DNA of 22,738 nucleotides from a virus: UHGV virus genome UHGV-1639218; one strand, 5' to 3'. Shown piece by piece: positions 15,610 to 22,738 of this stretch (position 1 is its first letter; each line of letters starts with the position of its first letter). The notes under the pieces were generated by a model. It saw only the letters and a program-made list of their open reading frames with translations, ran no database searches and was not told where the DNA came from. The position numbers and the translations under genes were made by a program.

Positions 15610-15950
15610 CGGAGGCGGATTTGTATCCTCATCTGGCGCATCTTGCCGGCGGGCAGGTGTACCCGTATGTGGTCCCCCTGCTGGATGGCAGGCCGTCGGT
15701 GGCGCTTCCGTGGGTGGTTTTCAGCCTGATTTCATCGGTGTCAGCGGACGTGATGGGCGGGCAGGCGGAGTCCTCAGTGTCGGTGCAGATAGACGTTTAT
15801 GCCGGGACTGTGACGCAGGCGCGTCAGATACGTCAGGACGCCCGTGAAGCCATAATGCTGCTGGCCCCGGGATCCGTCAGTGAAATGCAGGACTATATTC
15901 CGGAAAACCGCTGTTACCGTGCAACCCTGGAGTTTCAGGTCACGGTGTGA
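15606..15950 (+). CDS. Tail completion/terminator-like protein (hypothetical)
   Basis: 114-aa ORF overlapping the upstream stop. Position between neck genes and the major tail protein. Confidence 0.45.
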   Translation: MTEADLYPHLAHLAGGQVYPYVVPLLDGRPSVALPWVVFSLISSVSADVMGGQAESSVSVQIDVYAGTVTQARQIRQDAREAIMLLAPGSVSEMQDYIPENRCYRATLEFQVTV

Positions 15951-15978
15951 CTTTTTCTTTTTTCTACAAAACCCATAC

Positions 15979-15999
15979 CCCGCCGCGTGCGGGTTTTTT
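15979..15999 (+). terminator. Hairpin plus U-tract immediately upstream of the major tail gene
   Basis: CCCGC (15979-15983) pairs with GCGGG (15989-15993), followed by TTTTTT, then RBS AGGAGG. Confidence 0.5.
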
Positions 16000-16015
16000 A
16001 TTATCAGGAGGCAGA

Positions 16016-16732
16016 ATGTCTGCTTTGTATGAACGCTCACAGCTGACGCAGGTGATGATTTCATCTGCCCCGGCGACTGCTGAAACTATGGATAAGGCGG
16101 AATATCTGCGCCTGGACTGCACCATCAAGGAAGTGCAGTTCACCGCCGGGCAGAAACAGGATATTGATGTGACCACGCTCTGCTCCACAGAGCAGGAGAA
16201 CATCAACGGTCTGGGGGCGTCGTCCGAGATTTCCATGTCGGGTAATTTTTATCTGAATCAGGCCCAGAACGCCCTGCGTGATGCCTATGACAATGACACG
16301 GTGTATGCGTTTAAGGTGCAGTTTCCGTCCGGTAAGGGCTTTAAGTTCCTGGCGGAAGTGCGTCAGCACACCTGGTCATCCGGTACCAACGGCGTGGTGG
16401 CTGCAACGTTCTCACTTCGCCTGAAGGGTAAACCGGTGTCCTATGTGGTACCGCTGGCGTTTGTGAAAAATCTGGAGAAGACACTTACCGTGAATACCGG
16501 TGCGCTGCTGACAATGTCAGTCAGTGCCAACGGGGGAACGCCGCCGTATAAATACGCCTGGAAGAAGGATGGTCAGCCGGTTGACGGGCAGACGACAGAC
16601 ACCTTCAGTAAGCCAGGTGCGCAGTCCGCTGATGCGGGGAAATATACCTGCGTGGTGACCGATTCGGCAGAGAAAGCACAGAGTGTGACGTCTGTTGAAT
16701 GCACCGTGACAGTGAGCGCAGCCGCCGGATAA
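16016..16732 (+). CDS. Major tail protein with C-terminal Ig-like domain
   Basis: Internal ATG 16016 (track ORF begins at GTG 15947) preceded by AGGAGG. C-terminal 80 aa form an Ig-like fold signature (GGTPPYKYAWKKDGQPV...DAGKYTCVVTD). Confidence 0.75.
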   Translation: MSALYERSQLTQVMISSAPATAETMDKAEYLRLDCTIKEVQFTAGQKQDIDVTTLCSTEQENINGLGASSEISMSGNFYLNQAQNALRDAYDNDTVYAFKVQFPSGKGFKFLAEVRQHTWSSGTNGVVAATFSLRLKGKPVSYVVPLAFVKNLEKTLTVNTGALLTMSVSANGGTPPYKYAWKKDGQPVDGQTTDTFSKPGAQSADAGKYTCVVTDSAEKAQSVTSVECTVTVSAAAG

Positions 16733-16746
16733 GGGGATGGGTCATC

Positions 16747-17121
16747 ATGAAAAAGGATCTGAAAACGCTGGCGCTGGCCAGACTGTCAGGGTTTCGTCAT
16801 AAAACGGTGAAGGTGCCGGAATGGGGTAATGTCAGCGTGGTGCTGCGGGAGCCTTCGGCAGAGGCCTGGTATCTGTGGCAGGAAGTGCTCAATGGTGATG
16901 GAGAGGATGACGATACCCTGTCGGTGGTGGCGAAAACCCGCCGTAACCTGGAAGCGGATGTGACGCTGTTCTGCGATGTCCTGTGTGATACGGATCTGCA
17001 GCGGGTGTTCGCTCCGGACGACCGTGAGCAGGTGCTGGCCGTCTATGGTCCGGTACATGCCCGGTTGCTGCGTCAGGCACTGGAACTGATCGCTGATGCA
17101 GAGTCGGCCAGAAAAAAGTAG
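16747..17121 (+). CDS. Tail assembly chaperone (gpG-like)
   Basis: ATG 16747 preceded by AAGGGGATGGG. ORF ends at TAG 17119-17121 immediately after the slippery heptamer A_AAA_AAG (17112-17118). Confidence 0.7.
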   Translation: MKKDLKTLALARLSGFRHKTVKVPEWGNVSVVLREPSAEAWYLWQEVLNGDGEDDDTLSVVAKTRRNLEADVTLFCDVLCDTDLQRVFAPDDREQVLAVYGPVHARLLRQALELIADAESARKK

Positions 17122-17426
17122 CCCGCCCGGAAATTCGCTTTCTGATGCGACTTGCGCTCCGTCTGGGGCGCACCTTATCCGAACTGCGGCACAGCCTGAG
17201 TGCGAGCGAGGCGATGATGTGGATGGAGTTCGACAGGGTATCCCCGCTGGGTGATGAGCGCGGGGATATCCGTAATGCACAGATCGTGAAAGCGGTTTTC
17301 GGGGCACAGGGGATGAATGTTGCACTGAAGGACGCCATGCTCTGCTGGGGCGAGGATGAGGATAAGCCGGAGGTGGATCCGTTTGCGGCGCTGGAAGACG
17401 CGCTGAGCTTTGCAGCACAGTCATGA
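16747..17426 (+). CDS. Tail assembly chaperone G-T fusion product via programmed -1 frameshift
   Basis: Slippery site AAAAAAG at 17112-17118. The -1 frame is open from the slip site through track ORF 17145..17426 with no intervening stop. Arrangement matches lambda G/GT. Confidence 0.6.
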
Positions 17427-17434
17427 ATGATGAG

Positions 17435-17455
17435 AACCGCTGAGGCGGTTTTTTT
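17435..17455 (+). terminator. Hairpin plus U-tract upstream of the tape measure gene (near-identical to the element at 10036-10057)
   Basis: GAACCGCTGAGGCGGTTTTTTTA versus GAACCGCTCCGGCGGTTTTTTTA at 10035-10057. Confidence 0.5.
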
Positions 17456-17473
17456 ACGCCCGGAGAAAGGTGA

Positions 17474-20400
17474 ATGGCGACGTTACGTGAACTGATTATC
17501 AAAATTTCGGCAAATTCACAGTCATTCCAGTCGGAGATCCAGCGGGCTTCCCGTATGGGCAGTGAATATTACCGGACCCTGCAGAATGGCGGGCGTCAGG
17601 CCGCTGCGGCAGCCCGGGAGCAGCGACGTGCCCTGGCAGAACTGAACAGCCAGTTGACGGAAATCCGCGCTTCGGCTGTCGGAATGGCTGGCGCATTTGC
17701 CGGTGCCTTTGCCACCGGACACCTGATTTCACTGGCTGATGAGTGGAGTTCCGTGAATGCCCGTCTGAAACAGGCATCACAGTCATCCGATGAATTTTCG
17801 TCATCACAGAAAGTGCTGATGGATATCAGTCAGCGGACAGGTACCGCTTTTTCGGATAATGCGGCCCTGTTTGCCCGTTCGGCTGCCTCGATGCGTGAAT
17901 ATGGTTACAGTGCCGGTGATGTACTGAAGGTGACGGAGGCCATTTCCACGGGGCTGAAAATCTCCGGTGCCAGTACGGCTGAGGCGGGTTCGGTGATCAC
18001 CCAGTTCAGCCAGGCGCTGGCACAGGGTGTGTTGCGCGGTGAGGAATTTAATTCGGTCAATGAAAGTGGTGACCGGATCATTCGTGCACTGGCTGCAGGC
18101 ATGGGCGTGGCCCGTAAAGATCTGAAGGCGATGGCGGACGATGGTCAACTGACGGCGGATAAAGTCGTGCCCGCGTTAATCAGCCAGCTGGGGACATTGC
18201 GTGATGAATATGCCGCCATGCCAGAAACGGTCTCTGACGGGATCACAAAGGTGGAAAACGCCTTTATGGCCTGGGTGGGCGGTGCGAATGAGGCCAGCGG
18301 GGTGACGAAAACGCTCTCCGGCGTGCTGAACGGTGTTGCCGGTAATATTGATAATGTGGCAACAGCCGCGGGGGCGCTGGTTGCCGTCGGGGTGGCCCGG
18401 TACTTTGGCAATATGGCCTCCGGAGCGATGTCTGCCACGGCAGGACTTGTGACGGCTGCACGTAATGAAGTTGCACTGGCGGAAGCACAGTTCAGGGGAA
18501 CGCAGATTGCCACGGCGCGGGCAAGGGCAGCCGTGTACCGTGCTCAGCAGGCCGTGGCGGCAGCCCGCGGGACGGAGATGCAGATTGCTGCAGAGGCCCG
18601 TCTGGCGGCCACACAGGAACGCCTGAACAGAAATATTGCTGCCAGAAGCGCCGCCCAGAATGCGCTGAACAGTACAACGGCGGTGGGCTCACGTCTGATG
18701 AGCGGTGCGCTGGGGCTGGTTGGTGGCGTACCCGGACTGGTGATGCTGGGGGCTGCAGCATGGTACACGCTGTACCAGAATCAGGAGCAGGCCAGGGAGT
18801 CTGCGCGCCAGTATGCACTGACGATAGATGAAATCGCGCATAAAACGCCGTCAATGTCTTTGCCTGAAGCCTCAGATAATGAAGGACGAACACGGGCGGC
18901 GCTGACAGAGCAGAACCGGCTGATTGATGAACAGGCCAGTCGGGTGAAATCCCTGCAGGAAAAAATCGCAGGATATCAGTATGTTCTGGCGAACCCGGGC
19001 TGGACGACCGGTGACGGATTCATGATAAACCATCTGACCTCGGTGAAGACCGTAACGGAAGGGCTTGCTCAGGCAACAGAGCAGCTTGCCGTTGAGCAGT
19101 CCCGTCTGGCACAGATGCAGGAAAAAGCGCAGTCCATTCAGGATGTGCTTGCCGGGCTGGAAGACCGTCGTGTGGCGTTAATTCGTCAGCAGGCGGCAGA
19201 GCAGAATAAGGTGTACCAGTCCATGCTGGTTATGAACGGTCAGCATACGGAATTCAACCGTCTGCTGGGGCTGGGTAATGAACTGCTTCAGCAGCGGCAG
19301 GGACTGGTGAATGTGCCGTTACGGCTGCCACAGGCCACTCTGGATGATAAACAGCAGAGTGCCCTGACAAAAACAGAGCGTGAGCTGGCCCTGTCCAGAC
19401 TGAAAGGGGAAGAAAAAGAGCGTGTCCGACTGGGGTATGCGGCGGATGACCTCGGTTTTGTGGGTGATCCGTATCAGGAGGCGAGACAACGTTATATCAG
19501 TAATGCCCTGGAAGCCTGGCGCAATAACGAGGCGAATAAACCCAAATCCCGGGGTGGAAAATCAGAGACGGAAAAAGCGGAAGACAGTTTTTCCCGGCTG
19601 CTGAAGCAGCAGAAAGAGCAATTGGCACTTGCGGGGCAGAATACAGAGCTGGCGAAGCTGAAATACCAGACTGCGCAGGGCGAACTGAAAACCCTGACGG
19701 AGATGCAGAAGCAGGAACTGCTGCGCAATGCGGCCCTGATTGACCAGCAAAAAATCCGGGAGCAGTTGCGGTCCCGGGAAGAGACCCTGAAGAATGATAA
19801 TGTGGCTGCGCGTGCATCAAATGAAGCGGAACTGCTGGGGTACGGGCAGGGAGAGCGGCTCCGTGAACGCATGCGGGAGTTGCAGCAGATCCGCGACAGT
19901 TTCCGCCAGAAGGATGCGGACCTTCAGTCTCAGTATCAGACCGGGGGTATCAGTGAGGATTTTTACAGACAGGCTCTGGCACAGAACGCGCAGTATCTGG
20001 GTGAACGTCTTAAAGACCAGGAGACTTTTTATGCCGAATCGGATGCGCAGCGTGCGGACTGGCAGAAAGGGCTGCAGGAGGGATTCAGTAACTGGGTGGA
20101 TAATGCGTCCGATTACGCCTCACAGGCAGCACAGCTGGCGACGGAGGGTATCTCAGGGATGGTGAATAACATCACGGAGATGCTGAACGGAAATAAAGTG
20201 GAATGGCGCAGCTGGGCCTCATCCGTACTGCAGGAAATATCAAAAGTTCTTATGAATGCCGCGATTGTCAACGGGATCAGGACGGCGGCAAACAGTATGT
20301 CCGGAGCGGGAGGATTTATCGGCAGTATTGGTAGCTGGCTGGGCGGTGCGGTGGCCAATGCAAAAGGCGGCGTGTATACCTCGGCAAACCTGAGTGCGTA

Positions 20401-20716
20401 CAGCAACAGTATTGTGGATACGCCCACGTACTTTGCCTTTGCAAAAGGGGCGGGACTGATGGGGGAGGCCGGTCCTGAAGCCATTATGCCCCTGACCCGG
20501 GCGGCGGATGGCTCGCTGGGTGTGCGAGCGGTGGGCAGTATGAACGGCAGTGCAGGTCTGGTGTATTCCCCGGTCTACCATATCGCCATTCAGAATGACG
20601 GGACTAATGGCCAGATAGGGCCGGAAGCTGCGGGCAGCCTTGTGCAACTGATTGACCAGCGGGTGCAGGCGGTGATGCTGTCCATGCGACGTGACGGAGG
20701 AATGCTGAGTGGCTGA
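17474..20716 (+). CDS. Tail tape measure protein
   Basis: 1080-aa ORF, Ala/Gln-rich coiled-coil composition, located after G/GT and before M. RBS GGAGAAAGG. Confidence 0.85.
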   Translation: MATLRELIIKISANSQSFQSEIQRASRMGSEYYRTLQNGGRQAAAAAREQRRALAELNSQLTEIRASAVGMAGAFAGAFATGHLISLADEWSSVNARLKQASQSSDEFSSSQKVLMDISQRTGTAFSDNAALFARSAASMREYGYSAGDVLKVTEAISTGLKISGASTAEAGSVITQFSQALAQGVLRGEEFNSVNESGDRIIRALAAGMGVARKDLKAMADDGQLTADKVVPALISQLGTLRDEYAAMPETVSDGITKVENAFMAWVGGANEASGVTKTLSGVLNGVAGNIDNVATAAGALVAVGVARYFGNMASGAMSATAGLVTAARNEVALAEAQFRGTQIATARARAAVYRAQQAVAAARGTEMQIAAEARLAATQERLNRNIAARSAAQNALNSTTAVGSRLMSGALGLVGGVPGLVMLGAAAWYTLYQNQEQARESARQYALTIDEIAHKTPSMSLPEASDNEGRTRAALTEQNRLIDEQASRVKSLQEKIAGYQYVLANPGWTTGDGFMINHLTSVKTVTEGLAQATEQLAVEQSRLAQMQEKAQSIQDVLAGLEDRRVALIRQQAAEQNKVYQSMLVMNGQHTEFNRLLGLGNELLQQRQGLVNVPLRLPQATLDDKQQSALTKTERELALSRLKGEEKERVRLGYAADDLGFVGDPYQEARQRYISNALEAWRNNEANKPKSRGGKSETEKAEDSFSRLLKQQKEQLALAGQNTELAKLKYQTAQGELKTLTEMQKQELLRNAALIDQQKIREQLRSREETLKNDNVAARASNEAELLGYGQGERLRERMRELQQIRDSFRQKDADLQSQYQTGGISEDFYRQALAQNAQYLGERLKDQETFYAESDAQRADWQKGLQEGFSNWVDNASDYASQAAQLATEGISGMVNNITEMLNGNKVEWRSWASSVLQEISKVLMNAAIVNGIRTAANSMSGAGGFIGSIGSWLGGAVANAKGGVYTSANLSAYSNSIVDTPTYFAFAKGAGLMGEAGPEAIMPLTRAADGSLGVRAVGSMNGSAGLVYSPVYHIAIQNDGTNGQIGPEAAGSLVQLIDQRVQAVMLSMRRDGGMLSG

Positions 20717-21050
20717 GATAAAAACGCTGCATCTGGTCCCGCGTGAAGGGATGCAGGTGAGTGAGAAACCGTCGGTGGCGAGGGTACGGTTTGGTGACGG
20801 TTATGAACAGCGCCGCCCGACGGGACTTAATGCCCGACTGAAGACGTTTCAGGCGGTGTTCCGGGTGACGGATGAGGCGACCCGGCGATGGCTGGAAGAG
20901 TTTTTATCGTGGCATGGTGGTTACCGTGCCTTTTTGTGGCGACCGCCGAAACATAACCGAACGGTGAGGGTTGTGTGCCGTGAGTGGAGTGTCACGGATA
21001 ATGCCCGGTACAGTGATTTCAGTTGCACGATTGAGCAGGTAATCTCATAG
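20709..21050 (+). CDS. Minor tail protein M
   Basis: 113-aa ORF overlapping the tape measure stop. Size and position match lambda gpM. Confidence 0.75.
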   Translation: MAEIKTLHLVPREGMQVSEKPSVARVRFGDGYEQRRPTGLNARLKTFQAVFRVTDEATRRWLEEFLSWHGGYRAFLWRPPKHNRTVRVVCREWSVTDNARYSDFSCTIEQVIS

Positions 21051-21124
21051 ATTTCCAAGAATTGTATTATAAATTAATCTTTATTGTTTCATGCAAAATT
21101 ATTTTTTGTCGTCTTAACAGAAAG

Positions 21125-21160
21125 TGTGAAACTTGTCTCTTGTTTACATTTTGTTGCATT
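21125..21160 (+). promoter_or_regulatory. Candidate OmpR-box-like element upstream of the porin gene
   Basis: TTTACATTTTG at 21143-21153 matches the core of E. coli ompC/ompF OmpR sites as recalled. Embedded in a 200-bp AT-rich intergenic region. Confidence 0.3.
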
Positions 21161-21252
21161 TAATGAATTGAATTCAGAATTTGTAGTAAAATATTTTAAC
21201 TGGCGTTCATGACAGCCCAATTCATGAATAGTTCAATTAAAATAAGGAACAA

Positions 21253-22389
21253 ATGATGAAAAAAATGACAGTGGCACTTTCAGCCGTGGCTGCGGCTGTG
21301 ATTTTTGCAGCTGGTGCGCAGGCTGCGGAAGTATATAACAAAGATAGCAATAAGCTTGATCTGTATGGACGTGTAACGGCACTGCATTATTTCTCCAGCG
21401 ATAAGGGAAATGATGGTGATCGGACATATGCACGTCTGGGCTTTAAAGGTGAAACTCAGATTAATGATCAACTGACCGGTTTTGGTCAGTGGGAATATCA
21501 GTTCTCTGGTAATAAAACTGAATCAGACGGTGCTGCGGGTAATAAGACTCGTCTGGCGTTTGCAGGTCTGAAGTTCGGTGACTTTGGCAGCATTGATTAT
21601 GGTCGTAACTATGGTATTGCGTATGATGTTGGTGCTTATACCGACGTATTACCAGAGTTTGGTGGTGATGGCTGGACCCAGACCGATAACTTCATGACTG
21701 CCCGTACTTCTGGTGTGGCGACTTACCGTAATACTGATTTCTTTGGACTTGTTGATGGCCTGAATTTTGCAGCTCAGTATCAGGGCAAGAATGAACGTGA
21801 TGACCTTCAGGAAGCTAATGGTGATGGTTATGGTTTCTCTGCCAGTTATGAATATGAAGGTTTTGGTATCGTGGCTGCATATACTAACGCAGACCGTACC
21901 AACAATCAGGTGAAAGGCCTGAATGGTACGCAAACAGTAAACGGTACTCAAACAGTTGTTGATTCCGGCAGTGTTGCAAAAGGTAAACACGCTGAGATGT
22001 GGGGCACCGGGCTTAAATATGATGCCAACAACATTTATCTGGCGACAATATATTCTGAGACTCAGAATATGACGACCTTTGGCGACAAAGGGGTGGCAGA
22101 TAAAGCCCAGAACTTTGAAGCGGTATTACAGTATCAGTTTGATTTCGGTTTGCGTCCATCTCTGGCGTTCCTGCAGTCTCGTGCTCAGGATATAATTGTC
22201 GGTGGTAAAAACTATGGCAATCAGGATCTGGTTAAATATATTGATGTGGGTACAACATATTATTTTAATAAAAATATGTCCACCTATGTTGATTATAAAA
22301 TCAATCTGATTGATGAAAGTCAGTTTACCCAGGATGCAGGTGTTGCAACGGATAATATCGTTGCCGTTGGTATGACTTATCAGTTCTGA
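21253..22389 (+). CDS. Outer membrane porin, OmpC/NmpC/Lc family (phage-encoded)
   Basis: 378-aa ORF with signal peptide ending [10 protein letters not shown], then [74 protein letters not shown], and C-terminal YQF: a near-textbook general porin. Confidence 0.9.
   Translation: MMKKMTVALSAVAAAVIFAAGAQAAEVYNKDSNKLDLYGRVTALHYFSSDKGNDGDRTYARLGFKGETQINDQLTGFGQWEYQFSGNKTESDGAAGNKTRLAFAGLKFGDFGSIDYGRNYGIAYDVGAYTDVLPEFGGDGWTQTDNFMTARTSGVATYRNTDFFGLVDGLNFAAQYQGKNERDDLQEANGDGYGFSASYEYEGFGIVAAYTNADRTNNQVKGLNGTQTVNGTQTVVDSGSVAKGKHAEMWGTGLKYDANNIYLATIYSETQNMTTFGDKGVADKAQNFEAVLQYQFDFGLRPSLAFLQSRAQDIIVGGKNYGNQDLVKYIDVGTTYYFNKNMSTYVDYKINLIDESQFTQDAGVATDNIVAVGMTYQF
21922..21957 (+). repeat. Tandem 18-bp repeat encoding NGTQTV twice within a porin loop
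   Basis: AATGGTACGCAAACAGTA followed by AACGGTACTCAAACAGTT; the 3 mismatches are all synonymous third-position changes. Confidence 0.85.
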
Positions 22390-22550
22390 TGATAACTGGT
22401 GAGTGAACAAATACAGACCATCTGCCCTCACAGATGGTCTGTATCGGTGAAAGTATAGTTTTCACCGGTCACTGCAAACGGCAATTAGCCGATTTAATTT
22501 TCATTTTATTACCTTCATTGCTTTCGATTTTTAATTGAACTTTTTTGTTC

Positions 22551-22573
22551 GGGGCGCATTGCGCCCCTTTTTT
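22551..22573 (+). terminator. Intrinsic terminator between the porin gene and minor tail L
   Basis: GGGGCGC (22551-22557) pairs with GCGCCCC (22561-22567), followed by TTTTTT. Preceded by a 12-bp-stem hairpin at 22413-22442. Confidence 0.6.
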
Positions 22574-22587
22574 ATGGGTGGAAGTTT

Positions 22588-22738
22588 ATGCAGGAGATCC
22601 ACGAAGAAAGTCTGAACGAGTCGGTTAAATCAGAGCAGTCACCGCGGGTGGTGCTCTGGGAAATTGACCTGACGGTGCAGGGCGGTGAGCGGTATTTTTT
22701 CTGTAATGAGCTGAATGAAAAAGGGGAGCCGGTCACCT
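22588..22738 (+). CDS. Minor tail protein L (5' partial, runs off the window)
   Basis: ATG 22588; translation MQEIHEESLNESVKSEQSPRVVLWEIDLTVQGGERYFFCNELNEKGEPVT parallels the lambda gpL N-terminus. Confidence 0.8.
   Translation, partial: MQEIHEESLNESVKSEQSPRVVLWEIDLTVQGGERYFFCNELNEKGEPVT

Noticed and set aside
1-22738. CRISPR arrays, integrase or attachment sites, IS elements
   Set aside because: No regularly spaced short direct repeats, no tyrosine/serine recombinase-like ORF and no transposase-like ORF were seen. The window appears to lie entirely inside the prophage late region.

Overview
This window is a contiguous, single-strand (+) late-gene region of a lambdoid prophage of an enterobacterium (E. 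coli-like), from the nin region through the early tail genes. Order: partial upstream gene, NinH, antiterminator Q, terminator-rich noncoding stretch at the position where Stx phages carry stx (no stx and no tRNA seen), NanS-p-like esterase, two small unknown ORFs, a phage-21-type lysis cassette (dual-start class II holin, 114-aa ORF, SAR endolysin, Rz with embedded Rz1), a tandem array of four paralogous small membrane-peptide genes between endolysin and Rz, a divergent ribbon-helix-helix gene, HNH endonuclease, a cos-like region with a 22-bp palindrome, TerS, TerL, an in-frame HK97-type prohead protease/major capsid ORF, portal, a repeat-containing protein, head-tail joining genes, Ig-domain major tail protein, G/G-T chaperones with an AAAAAAG -1 frameshift site, tape measure, minor tail M, an AT-rich OmpC/NmpC-family porin moron, and the start of minor tail L. 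The best candidate for something undescribed is the small-peptide array at 5430-5975. All calls rest on reading the sequence and on recalled protein-family features; no database search was run.
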